From contig JAXLZM010000001.1 in NCBI GenBank assembly GCA_046350855.1, forward strand, positions 89,420 to 153,419: a stretch of 64,000 nt of DNA, read 5' to 3'. Below, one piece after another: positions 1 through 9,167 of this stretch; the stretch's first letter is position 1; every line of letters begins with the position of its first letter. A program made the translations under genes and the position numbers. The notes under the pieces are model-generated. The model saw only the letters and a program-made list of their open reading frames with translations. It did no database searches and was not told where the DNA came from. This stretch comes from Candidatus Anderseniibacteriota bacterium (GTDB taxonomy: Bacteria > Patescibacteriota > JAUYIX01).

Positions 1-519
1 CTGATTCCGTCAAACAGAGGCACGTTGATGAGCTGCGCAAGTTGCAAGACCTGTGCACGATCGAGCTTGGCCGTATGCAGCTGAGAGAAGATATCTGCCA
101 ACTGCCGATGCCTGTCCTTGTACATCTCAGCGCTAGAAAAGTCGCCAAACAATTTTGTAATCGCAACCAGTTCAGCAATGAGTTGGCTCGACGTCACTCT
201 GCGACGGATTCTGTGCAACTCTGCAAGTCTTCGTGCGCCCCAATCCACTTCCAGTTCCGGATACTCCATCAGTACTGAACCAGCCGAGCCTGCCGATTCA
301 AAGATGCTGGTGATTCCCCTTTTTGGGGGCTTGTATCGTTTTCTGTTCATCTGGCCTCCTGTTCAAAAAAAGAGCTCTATGGCTTCAAGACGAAGCCGAT
401 CAACTTAACTCGCGCCGTGGTAGTCGTCAACTAAAAGTAGTGCAACACTAGAATAAATTCCTGACGTAAAAAAACGTGGGCCCTGCGCTACTACGCAAAA
501 CCCACAACATGCACTTGCC

Positions 520-1056
520 CTATAACAAGTGCGTGGGGATTATCTCGGTATGCACTTCGCAAAGCTTCACGAACTCGCTTCCATCTCGATCCTCCATGCA
601 GAAGTTTCTAGCGACAGCGGTAGGCATCATCGCCAGGATGAACGCACTCCAGAAATTGGGACACCCGTACAGACGCTTCATCTTTCTAGGATGCTCAAAG
701 TCCAGACGACAGTCCCCCTCACCGGTCCAATAGATACTTTCGAGGTTGATAATGGCAGTGCCTGTTTCTCTGCGATATCCTCTGAAATGCAGCACAACCG
801 GTTGCGGAAAGCGTAGAGATTTGAGAAAGCTGCGCATCGCAGAATCCAGTAGGGGCCAATTGAGCAATTGCTCGAGAATGTTAGTAGCAGTGGGAGCTAT
901 GGGAGAACCCACCCTCTGCTCAGGAGGCGGGTTAACGTGAATCTCTGAGCGGATTCGAGCCAAATCCATGATCGCCGGAGGGACTAGCACGTCACATTCC
1001 AAGGGTATTCTTGAACTGGCCATTTTTGGCGACCCCCAATCTTTGTTGAAGAACAT
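520..1056 (-). CDS. hypothetical protein (doubtful ORF in lower-GC segment)
   Basis: 178-aa ORF with no recognisable motifs. Local GC is about 50% against about 60% elsewhere. The start codon sits inside a hairpin just downstream of tRNA-Gln. Confidence 0.3.
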   Translation of the reverse strand: MFFNKDWGSPKMASSRIPLECDVLVPPAIMDLARIRSEIHVNPPPEQRVGSPIAPTATNILEQLLNWPLLDSAMRSFLKSLRFPQPVVLHFRGYRRETGTAIINLESIYWTGEGDCRLDFEHPRKMKRLYGCPNFWSAFILAMMPTAVARNFCMEDRDGSEFVKLCEVHTEIIPTHLL

Positions 1057-1128
1057 CGCATTTTTTAGATGCGATAGGACATCCTAGGGTTTTTATTCAT
1101 TTAGTCAACTTTTGGCTATTCCAACACG

Positions 1129-1202
1129 TGGCTGGGGAGGAAGGGATCGAACCTTCGATGGTGGATTCAGAGTCCACTGCCTTACCGCTTGGCTACTCCC
1201 CA
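1129..1202 (-). tRNA. tRNA-Gln (anticodon CUG)
   Basis: The reverse complement folds as a cloverleaf: acceptor UGGGGAG/CUCCCCA, anticodon stem GUGGA/UCCAC with loop CUCUGAA giving anticodon CUG, T-loop GGUUCGAUCC, and a 3' GCCA. Confidence 0.85.
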
Positions 1203-1311
1203 AAGCAGGCCGAGGCTAGCATTTTTGGCTCATGCGATCAATGTTTTGCCAAAAAAGTAAAAGCCGCCAAGATCCAGGATCTCAGCGGCTTTGTGGGACA
1301 GACCAACGCGC

Positions 1312-2103
1312 TCAACCACGAAAGTTGAAGTACGTTATTGGCTCGATTCCAAAAGTGGTCTCCAGCCATACCGCTACCCTAAACACGAGCACCGCCTTAC
1401 CCAGCACGGCGCGAACAAGCCAGTACTGTTGGTGGTAGCGCCTGCGCATGGCCTGGCGTTCGCTTGCAATCGGCCAATGCGTCACCGACCCCACATAGGT
1501 CACACGACAGAGGGGCAAAAAGCGGTGCGGCATAGCATCGCCTTGCTCAAACTCAACCACAAAGCGCTCCCACCGTCGCTTACCAGTCTCGCGATCCAAG
1601 GCCTCACAAGCCAGCGTGGACTTTTGCGTGTCGCGTCGGATCTCAAGTACGGGTTCGTACAAGGATCGTGCCTGGTTCAGATTGAGTTCCTCCAAAACGT
1701 TGTGCCAGGCTTCTCGATAGTACTGCATCGGACGAACCCAGCCGTAGACGGGCTCGTTGATGGGTCTGAGCTTGCCCATGCGAACCAGTTTGCGGGTCGG
1801 ATGGCCGAGCAACCCGACCGTATGACAAGTCTGGCCTAGGCCAAGCGACTGGGCTACGCGCCCAACCGGACCGGGCACCGTGCACTGGGTCGGGCCGATA
1901 TAGATCGGTTCCCAGCCGTCTTGCTCGAGATAACACAGCACGGAAGAACGCGGCTGCGTAAAGGCAAACGCACGCGGCTGGTGGAGTGGTTCACCCTCGA
2001 GATCCTCGGCCTCACAGCGGAGGCAAAGGTGCTCATCGTGCGAACCAGTACCCCGAACACAGAGCGTCGGGATGGTGACGTCTTTTTGAATTGTAGTGAG
2101 CAT
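1312..2103 (-). CDS. hypothetical Cys-rich protein
   Basis: 263-aa ORF containing the cluster CVRGTGSHDEHLCLRC. No confident family assignment. A 182-aa antisense ORF overlaps it, so the strand call is by local gene orientation. Confidence 0.4.
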   Translation of the reverse strand: MLTTIQKDVTIPTLCVRGTGSHDEHLCLRCEAEDLEGEPLHQPRAFAFTQPRSSVLCYLEQDGWEPIYIGPTQCTVPGPVGRVAQSLGLGQTCHTVGLLGHPTRKLVRMGKLRPINEPVYGWVRPMQYYREAWHNVLEELNLNQARSLYEPVLEIRRDTQKSTLACEALDRETGKRRWERFVVEFEQGDAMPHRFLPLCRVTYVGSVTHWPIASERQAMRRRYHQQYWLVRAVLGKAVLVFRVAVWLETTFGIEPITYFNFRG

Positions 2104-2168
2104 TCCGTAACCTCCGCCTCGACCAAAACTGATTGCTCGAGACTAGCGCGGGCAATACGGAGACGCAA

Positions 2169-3119
2169 CTAGACCTTGAGGTAGCGGTGGATCGCAAGCA
2201 AACTCGAGGCCACGCCGAGGGCCACGCCAAAGAGGAGTTCGCCCCCAATGACGAGCAGCAGATTATGCTGGACGAACTCAAAGATCAGGCTGGAGGTGCC
2301 AAAAAACGTCTCGATGCGCGGGCCGGCCCAGAGCAAAATCGGCTCGATAATGACGATCGTGATTAGACTGGCCACAAAGCCGTACAAAAAACCCTCGATC
2401 AAAAACGGCCCGCGCACAAAGCCGTTGGTGGCGCCCACAAGCTTCATGATGCCGACCTCCTCGCGCCGCGAGTAAATCGTGAGCCGAATCGTATTAAAGA
2501 CCACCAACATCGCGATCGCGATCAAAATGAGGCCGACCGCGAGGCCCCCTGTTTTGGACCAGCGCGAGATGCGCGAGAGTCGGTCGATTGTGTCGCGGTT
2601 GTCCTCGTAGTTCACCCGATCAACGACTTGGCCATCGACCTTACCTTTGAGTTGGTCGTTAATGGCAGCGTACTGGTTGGGGTCGTTGGCATGCAGGACC
2701 AGCGTGGTTTGCAAGGGGTTATCGGCTAGTTCATCCAAGGAGGCGTTAATGAGCGGGTTATCGAGATGCTCTTGGCGGAACCGCTCCAAGGCCTCCTCAC
2801 GTGAGACGATGGTGACCTCTGAGACGCCTGGGATGTTGCGGATCTCGGCCTGACTGGTCGCGATCTGCTCGGGCGAGGCTAGCGGATCAAAGTAGACGCT
2901 GATGTCGACTTTGCTCTGGACACTCCGCAGGGCCACCCCGGTCAAGAGGTTGATTAACAAAATTAAGCTGGCCGCGAGGAGTGTCAGGGTCATGACAAAG
3001 GTCGTGGCGATCGAGAGACCAATGTTGCGCCAATAGTTTTGCAGACCGCTGCGGAAAACGCGGCGCATTTGGAAATATTCAATCTTTTGAACGTTGCGGG
3101 AAGCTTTTTTAGCGGGCAT
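2169..3119 (-). CDS. ftsX: cell division permease FtsX
   Basis: 316 aa with an FtsX-like four-TM layout and a large periplasmic loop. It lies directly downstream of ftsE. Confidence 0.85.
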   Translation of the reverse strand: MPAKKASRNVQKIEYFQMRRVFRSGLQNYWRNIGLSIATTFVMTLTLLAASLILLINLLTGVALRSVQSKVDISVYFDPLASPEQIATSQAEIRNIPGVSEVTIVSREEALERFRQEHLDNPLINASLDELADNPLQTTLVLHANDPNQYAAINDQLKGKVDGQVVDRVNYEDNRDTIDRLSRISRWSKTGGLAVGLILIAIAMLVVFNTIRLTIYSRREEVGIMKLVGATNGFVRGPFLIEGFLYGFVASLITIVIIEPILLWAGPRIETFFGTSSLIFEFVQHNLLLVIGGELLFGVALGVASSLLAIHRYLKV

Positions 3120-3137
3120 GGCGCGAGTCAGGTCAGG

Positions 3138-3821
3138 TTACAGGAGGTACTTGCCTTGTTTTTCGTCGCGCACAATGCGGCCGGCGTCGATCGTGACGAC
3201 GTGGCGCTGGAGTTTGTTCACGATCTCAGCGTTGTGGGTCACCATCAAAACGGTGGTGCCGGCCGCGTTGATCCGCTCTAAAATCTCGATCACCTCTTGG
3301 GCATTGATCATGTCGAGATTGCCGGTGGGTTCGTCCGCGATCAGGAGTTTGGGTGAGTGCACCAAGGCCCGGGCGATCGCCACGCGCTGCTGCTCCCCGC
3401 CCGAGAGTTGCGCCGGAAAATTATCGCGCCGCTCACGCAGGCCAACGATATCGAGAGTCTCCATCACTTTTTGCTTGATCTTGGGGTGCGGCAAATTACC
3501 GGCTACCTCCATAGCAAAGCCAACGTTCTCGGCCACGGTCTTGCGCTCGAGCAATTTAAAATCCTGAAACACCACCCCGATCTGTCGGCGATAAAACGGC
3601 ACGTGCGAGTGGTGCATGTCGTTGACCAGCCAATCGTCGACCTTAATCTCGCCACTCGAGGGTCGCTCCTCCGCGATCAACAAACGCACCAGGGTCGATT
3701 TGCCGGTCCCACTCATGCCCACGATCGAGACAAATTCCCCGGTATCGATGTTCATACTGACGTTATCGAGTGCCACCACGTTGGGGTGGTAGACCTTTGA
3801 GACGTTGCGCAAACTGATCAT
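3138..3821 (-). CDS. ftsE: cell division ATP-binding protein FtsE
   Basis: ABC ATPase with Walker A GMSGTGKST, the signature LSGGEQQRVAIARAL, and Walker B LLIADEP. Confidence 0.9.
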   Translation of the reverse strand: MISLRNVSKVYHPNVVALDNVSMNIDTGEFVSIVGMSGTGKSTLVRLLIAEERPSSGEIKVDDWLVNDMHHSHVPFYRRQIGVVFQDFKLLERKTVAENVGFAMEVAGNLPHPKIKQKVMETLDIVGLRERRDNFPAQLSGGEQQRVAIARALVHSPKLLIADEPTGNLDMINAQEVIEILERINAAGTTVLMVTHNAEIVNKLQRHVVTIDAGRIVRDEKQGKYLL

Positions 3822-3999
3822 TGGCTCAACTATAGCGCAATTTTGGCTTTACTGGCAGCTGATTTGCACCTGGACGAACACAGTTTTTGCAGGTTCATCC
3901 GGCCTTAGGTTGACTTTCCCCATCTTTCCCCAATTTGCCTTTGACATCGCTATGCTCGGCGACCTACAATGTGGATAAGTTAATTCCTAATAAACTCCA

Positions 4000-4518
4000 A
4001 TGGACACAATGGATAACATGATGAACAGCGGCCCAACAGGTCAAATGATGGGCAAGAAAGTCGGCGGAAAAATGAGCGTCGGCCAATATATTTCGTTCCA
4101 AAAGAAATATTACATGTGGCTGCTCTTGGCGGCCGTGGTTGGCGCAATCCTGACCTGCTTTGGTTGGGGCTGGCTGACCTGGTTGATTCAGCTCTACGGT
4201 GCCTTTGTGTTCTTCTGGTTTGGCTACCAGATGGTCAAGATGCACCGCGGTGAGATGAAGGACGCCCTGATCGGTGGCGCGGTCCTCGGTGTGATCCCCG
4301 CGATTTTGCTCGGTATCGGCTGGTTTATCTACTTTGCCTTCCTGTTCCGCCCACTCGGTTTCCTCGGAATCTCTGGCGGCTTTGGCATCGGCTACGGGAT
4401 CGGCCAATTGATTGGCTGGATCATCGGTGGCGCCGTCGGTGGCCTCGTGATGTCGCTCATCGGTTACGCAGTTGCTGGTGGCTTCTCCAAGCCAGGCGCT
4501 GGTGCTCCGCGAGCCTAG
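4000..4518 (+). CDS. glycine-zipper-rich small membrane protein
   Basis: 172 aa with several TM segments and GxxxG repeats (GFGIGYGIGQLIGWIIGGAVGG). It is followed by a strong terminator. Confidence 0.55.
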   Translation: MDTMDNMMNSGPTGQMMGKKVGGKMSVGQYISFQKKYYMWLLLAAVVGAILTCFGWGWLTWLIQLYGAFVFFWFGYQMVKMHRGEMKDALIGGAVLGVIPAILLGIGWFIYFAFLFRPLGFLGISGGFGIGYGIGQLIGWIIGGAVGGLVMSLIGYAVAGGFSKPGAGAPRA

Positions 4519-4543
4519 TTAGCCTATAGTTCCCGGCTTAGCC

Positions 4544-4580
4544 GGTTGAACCCAAAAAGCCCGCCCTAGCCGGCGGGCTT
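4544..4580. terminator. bidirectional rho-independent terminator
   Basis: AAAAAGCCCGCC-CUAG-CCGGCGGGCUUUUUGUUUUG: an A-tract, a GC hairpin and a T-tract. It can serve the + gene at 4000-4518 and the minus-strand prfB operon. Confidence 0.7.
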
Positions 4581-4670
4581 TTTGTTTTGTTCAAACTAAA
4601 ACGATAAGAAAAAGAGGGTAGATCTGTCGACCTACCCCCGCTCGAAGAAACTGCTGTTGGAATTGACCCG

Positions 4671-5003
4671 CTAGGCGAGGACCCTGGCTCCGCACATGGT
4701 GCAGTGGGGCAGCTTCCCAACGTACTCCGGCGCTTCGGTACGAGTACGTTCGAGTCCGGGATGCCCAGACTCACACTCCTCGGTGCGGTACTTGGCGCTC
4801 GTCTTGCCCCACTCCTTCTGGAAGGTCGCTTCGTTGAAGTTCGGGTTCTCCATGCCGCATCTCATGCAGAAGAGCTGATGATCGTCGACCTTACCCCCGC
4901 AAGCCTCGCAATCGGATCCAGCCTCGAGTGCATCTGCGAGGCGCTTCAGGGCCTGTTGTTTCTCCGCGGGTGTTGCGTTCTTGAGTCTTTCAGACAGTGA
5001 CAT
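4671..5003 (-). CDS. small double zinc-ribbon protein
   Basis: About 110 aa starting at MSLSERL. It has two CxxC...CxxC pairs (CEACGG/CMRCG and ECESGH/CTMCG). GGAG lies upstream of the ATG. It is the last gene of the prfB operon. Confidence 0.55.
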   Translation of the reverse strand: MSLSERLKNATPAEKQQALKRLADALEAGSDCEACGGKVDDHQLFCMRCGMENPNFNEATFQKEWGKTSAKYRTEECESGHPGLERTRTEAPEYVGKLPHCTMCGARVLA

Positions 5004-5130
5004 GGCCACCCCTTTGGTTATCTCCCCCATTTCTACTCTCGAACTCAAAAGCAGGAAAGGAGGAAATAGAAGGAACAAACGAGCCAAAGTAGCACATTCG
5101 CGACTCCCTGTCAACATTGCGTTAACCGAA

Positions 5131-6259
5131 CTAACGATCGGTTTTACGCTGTAGATCAACCTCGCACTGGGCACGCCAGTTGAGGTACCCCTCAATAAAG
5201 GCCTTTAAGTCACCTCCCAGCACACCCTCTGTATCTGAGGTCTGCACATCGGTGCGATGGTCTTTAACCATCTGGTACGGGTGCAGAACGTACGATCTAA
5301 TCTGATTCCCCCACTCAGCACTTTGGTAGGCGCCGCGCAGCTTACGTTTTTCGGCGTCTTGTTCTTGCTGACGACGCAGGGCCAGCTTGGACTGTAAGAT
5401 TCGCATAGCGTTAGCCCGGTTTTGCACTTGGCTGCGCTCGGATTGGCTGGCCGCCACGATTCCTGTCGGAATGTGCGTGAGCCGGATGGCGGTCGAGGTT
5501 TTGTTGACGTTTTGACCGCCGGCCCCACCGGCGCGGTACATGTCTATCTTGAGTTCATCCGGTTTAATCTCGATCGACTCGTGCTTACCAATCTCTGGCA
5601 GAACCTCGACGAGGGCAAAACTGGTCTGGCGCAGCTGGTCGGCGTTAAAGGGCGACATGCGCACGAGACGATGCACGCCAAACTCGCCCTTGAGATAGCC
5701 ATAGGCGTAAGGGCCGCTCACCTCAAAGGTAGCCGACTTGATGCCAGCCTCCTCGCCGCGGGAGGTGTCGAGAATGCGCGTCTTAAAGCCATTTTGCTCG
5801 GCGTAGCGCAGGTACATACGCAGCAACATCTCGGCCCAGTCCATGGCGTCAACGCCGCCCGTACCAGCATGGATCGCCATGATCGCGCTGTTAGGATCGT
5901 ACTGGCCAGACAAGAGCATCTCAAACTCGTGCTCCCCGACTTGCTTGGCGAGTTCCGTAGTGCGTTTTTCTAGGTCGGTTTGCATCGACTGATCGGGCTC
6001 CTTGGCAATAAGCGTGGCGATTTCTATAAGTTCTGCCGCCTCTTTTGAGAGGCCATCCCAAAGCTGGACGGTCTGTTGTAACCGCGCTAACTCCTGCGAG
6101 AGCTGTTGGGCTTGTTCGCGATTATTCCAAAAGTCGGGTGCCGCTGAATCCCGTTCTAGTTCAACAATGCGCTTTTGTTTGCCGGCGACGTCAAAGACAG
6201 TCCTGGGCGGCCAGGATTTTGCGGGAGAGTTCTTGCAGCTGTTGTTTGACGGTGCTCAT
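5131..6259 (-). CDS. prfB: peptide chain release factor 2, with +1 programmed frameshift
   Basis: Frame 1 is MSTVKQQLQELSRKILAAQDCL followed by a UGA within CUU UGA C at about 6189-6195. The +1 frame continues DVAGKQKRIVELE and joins the 284-aa ORF. RF2 motifs SPF and GGQ are present. Confidence 0.85.
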
Positions 6260-6332
6260 GCCCTAATAATGCACTTTTCGACAACAAAATCAAGAAAAAG
6301 AGAAGCCCCCGGCAAGGACAGGGGCTATAACA

Positions 6333-6587
6333 CTACGGCAGGAGTGTGTAGGGGTTAAAACTGCGTCGCTTTCCACGAGCAGTCTCCGCGCCCTCACGAA
6401 ACGGCCTGATCGTTGATTCGAACTCAATTGCCGCCTTGAGGATCTCCGTATCGTACCGTTTACGAAACTCGGCTTGTCGCGCAGCAGATAGTGGCACGAT
6501 GGTCTTCCTCAGAAGTTCTGGATGAAAAGTGTCCACAATTTGGACGGTCCAAAGACTACCTTTTTGTCGCGGTCTTGCTCTTGGCAC
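6333..6587 (-). CDS. small basic hypothetical protein
   Basis: About 85 aa from a GTG start with a perfect SD (AAGGAGGTG) 4 nt upstream. The ORF track's longer version overlaps the upstream gene. It lies between the Zn-ribbon gene and prfB. Confidence 0.4.
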   Translation of the reverse strand: MPRARPRQKGSLWTVQIVDTFHPELLRKTIVPLSAARQAEFRKRYDTEILKAAIEFESTIRPFREGAETARGKRRSFNPYTLLP

Positions 6588-6621
6588 AGACACCTCCTTG
6601 ATCTCTAAAAGAGCGGATGAA

Positions 6622-7185
6622 CTACACCAGCGGCTTGGCAATCCAGACCACGCGGGCGATCTCGTTGTCGCGGTGGCTAAAGTCGATGTTGAGATCCCCC
6701 CCAAGAGCCCGCTTTACCTCGTTACCGATGGCTACAGCGAGCTGGTTCTCGGTGGTGTACGCCACGATCTCGTTGCCTTTATCAAGCATCTTGTAAATCC
6801 GGTCCATGGGATCGCGTCTAAAGGCCCGATCCGCAATGTTGCGCACTAAATTAATCAGCTCCTCGCGGTGCTGTTTATCAAACGTATCTAGGGCCGAGAG
6901 CGTCACGATCCCCTCGGGCAGGTCGAGCTGTGTTTTGTGGCAGGCCGGGCACTTACGCGCGAGGTCAAGATTTTGCGAAATCTGCTCGTATTTACGCGGA
7001 TCGGTGTGCCAAGATTTGCGATAAAAAATCGAGCGGCAGATCGGACAAAAAAACTCACCCGCAGCATTTTTTTCCTCGTCGGGTTTGATGCGGCGTGGTT
7101 CGGCCTTTAATTGGCGCAAAACAGCATCGTCCGGGGTGTTATCTAACCCAAAATTACTGGGGCCACTCGTGCTGGGCTTGGACAT
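6622..7185 (-). CDS. zinc-ribbon domain protein of unknown function
   Basis: 187 aa with an N-terminal CPICRS...CPACHK zinc ribbon and an unassigned C-terminal domain. It is translationally coupled to the PIN gene, with a 1-nt gap. Confidence 0.6.
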   Translation of the reverse strand: MSKPSTSGPSNFGLDNTPDDAVLRQLKAEPRRIKPDEEKNAAGEFFCPICRSIFYRKSWHTDPRKYEQISQNLDLARKCPACHKTQLDLPEGIVTLSALDTFDKQHREELINLVRNIADRAFRRDPMDRIYKMLDKGNEIVAYTTENQLAVAIGNEVKRALGGDLNIDFSHRDNEIARVVWIAKPLV

Positions 7186-7186
7186 A

Positions 7187-7639
7187 CTAGTACCCTAGCG
7201 CACGCACGGTGGAACCCGCAACCTCTTGGTAGGTGTTCCAAAAACGCTCGGGCGTGGTGATCTCGGTCTCACCGTAGGTCTCGAGCTCGAGCAGATCGTT
7301 GTCGCGCGTGATGATGTAGTCGGCGTCGCCCTCTTTGGCCAGCGACAAAAATTTATCGTCCTCGCGATCACTAGAGGCCCCAGTCGCCTCCCGAACGGTA
7401 TCTACGCTGGGTTGTACCGTCTCAGCTTGCTCTAAAAAGTTTTGGAGGAGGGTGCGGTACTCGTCCTCTACTACCAAACGCTCGATTAGTCGCTCATGCT
7501 CTCGGAGAGTGCGTGGTGAGAGCAAGGGTTGGAGTTCTCCCGCTAAGGCCAAACGCATAATCCGCACCTGAAAACTGTGCGGATCCTTAGCTCCTTCGAT
7601 CAGTACATTGGTGTCGATAACGACCCTGAGCATAGACAT
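7187..7639 (-). CDS. PIN-domain (VapC-like) nuclease
   Basis: 150 aa beginning VIDTNVLIE. The conserved acidic residues (D9, E, DREDDKF, ITRDNDL) are typical of the PIN fold. Confidence 0.75.
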   Translation of the reverse strand: MSMLRVVIDTNVLIEGAKDPHSFQVRIMRLALAGELQPLLSPRTLREHERLIERLVVEDEYRTLLQNFLEQAETVQPSVDTVREATGASSDREDDKFLSLAKEGDADYIITRDNDLLELETYGETEITTPERFWNTYQEVAGSTVRALGY

Positions 7640-7924
7640 CCAGCCAAACTACCAGGCGAGCAAGTCACTGGCAAGTCGACTACGGCACATTTTGAGTCTC
7701 GATCGTAAAGGGATTATGTCTAAAGACGCCCAGATAGGTCGGGATAACCGCCGCAAAAATGCGATCCAAAAAAATCCCCACAAAAAAGAGGATCAAAATA
7801 ACCGCTAATACCAGCCAGGCTCGACTGAGGGATTTTTCTGCCATTGGCTAGTAGTGTAGCGCATTGACGCTCCTCGCTCAATCGGTCAGTATGGCCTGGC
7901 CAGCGCGGCAAATAGGCCGCACAG

Positions 7925-8000
7925 GCCGACGTAGCTCAGTTGGCAGAGCGGCGCATTCGTAACGCGCAGGTCGTGAGTTCGATCCTCACCGTCGGCTCCA
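7925..8000 (+). tRNA. tRNA-Thr (anticodon CGU)
   Basis: Acceptor GCCGACG/CGUCGGC, D-arm GCUCAGUUGGCAGAGC, anticodon loop UUCGUAA, T-arm GUGAGUUCGAUCCUCAC, and an encoded CCA. It is highly similar to the E. coli tRNA-Thr(CGU) core. Confidence 0.85.
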
Positions 8001-8009
8001 GCTAGGGCG

Positions 8010-8423
8010 CTAACGCGCGCTAAAGAGATAGGTCCACCAGCGCTCGAGATTGCTGACCGGTAGTGCCGCGGCAGCAACCGTTGTGGCTGTGGTCCCGGGA
8101 GTGCTTGAGGGGGTCTCGACTTCGATTACTTTTTCGCCCGGGAGCTGTACGTTGAGTTTGGAGCGTGCCTCACGCTCTTTAAACTCGTCTGACTGAAAAT
8201 AATCGATCAACCCCGCCAGCTCCTCGTTACGCCGCTCGAGCTGAGTAATATCGTGATCGAGCGCGCTCACCTCTTTACGGATGCGGGCCTTACGAGTGAT
8301 ATCGCGCGTGAGGGCTACTCCGATCCCCAGCAAGACAATCACACCAACTACCACTACCCAGCGTCCACCCGCTAACAGCTGACGAGGTGAGCGCGCTCGT
8401 TTGAGTGAGAGCGGTATGCTCAT
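8010..8423 (-). CDS. septum formation initiator-like protein (FtsB/DivIC family)
   Basis: 137 aa with an N-terminal TM, a coiled coil (ALDHDITQLERRNEELAGLIDYFQSDEF) and a Thr/Ala-rich tail. Confidence 0.55.
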   Translation of the reverse strand: MSIPLSLKRARSPRQLLAGGRWVVVVGVIVLLGIGVALTRDITRKARIRKEVSALDHDITQLERRNEELAGLIDYFQSDEFKEREARSKLNVQLPGEKVIEVETPSSTPGTTATTVAAAALPVSNLERWWTYLFSAR

Positions 8424-9043
8424 TACTCGGCCTCCTCACTCTCACCTGCCTCACCTGAGTCGGAGCCAGAGGGTTCAACCTCGTCGGTGGTGTGGGCCCG
8501 GGCAATCAGTTCGATCAGCTCTTTAGCTGACATATCGCCCCCATGCCGCTCCTTAAACAACTTTTGGGCCTCCATTAAAATCTCATGCACCTTACGTGGG
8601 TGCGGCACATGGTCTAACTCCAGTCGCTTATCAGCCCCGGCCGTTTGCACCGAGACTGCCCCATAATCCAAGCTCGTAGCCACCAGACCCACGATCGAGT
8701 AGGTCACGTCTTGTACCTTATCAAAGGTCGTCTCGGAGACGGTCCGTTTAAACAAGCCACTCTGATCGATATCGATAATGCGCTGATCCGTGACGATCAA
8801 ACTATCAAAATAGTGAATGACCCAGTGGTAGATCCCGTAGAGTAGCGTCCCAAACAGCAGCACAAACCAGGCCACCATGGCAGCGCTGTTCCTAAAAAAG
8901 AAGTCGACAAACCCGATCAGTAGCCCAAGCACCACCACCGAGAGCACTAACGGTACCAGCAGCGTAATCCAGTGTTTGCGGACGATCGCTACGATCGCTT
9001 CATCTTTTTTGAGGCTTTGCGTAAAATAGTCGCGTAAAGACAT
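8423..9043 (-). CDS. bacterial PH-domain membrane protein (YdbS/YdbT-like)
   Basis: 206 aa with two TM helices followed by a PH-like domain and an acidic tail. Confidence 0.55.
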   Translation of the reverse strand: MSLRDYFTQSLKKDEAIVAIVRKHWITLLVPLVLSVVVLGLLIGFVDFFFRNSAAMVAWFVLLFGTLLYGIYHWVIHYFDSLIVTDQRIIDIDQSGLFKRTVSETTFDKVQDVTYSIVGLVATSLDYGAVSVQTAGADKRLELDHVPHPRKVHEILMEAQKLFKERHGGDMSAKELIELIARAHTTDEVEPSGSDSGEAGESEEAE

Positions 9044-9167
9044 GATTTCTAGAGGGGTTCGTCGAGTACTAGTGTTTGGATTAACTGCGATCTTGATCGC
9101 AGGAGTTATTTTAACCGTTTTGCTGCCACTTTTTTAGGGCTTGGCAGAACCCTCATACTAGCAAATC

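Noticed and set aside
1291-1839. 182-aa plus-strand ORF overlapping the 263-aa minus-strand ORF at 1312-2103
   Set aside because: It is shorter and antisense to the longer ORF, which follows the local strand bias. Neither has a family assignment, so only the minus-strand ORF is kept, at low confidence.
7608-7911. Small ORFs (7608-7808 plus, 7720-7911 minus) upstream of the PIN gene as a candidate antitoxin
   Set aside because: They have no RBS, no RHH, HTH or AbrB-like pattern, overlap the PIN start or the tRNA-Thr promoter region, and have low-complexity translations.
9044-9167. Hairpins between the PH-domain gene and the FGase gene considered as terminators
   Set aside because: The stems are present but lack a U-tract on the relevant strand. 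The genes are more likely co-transcribed.
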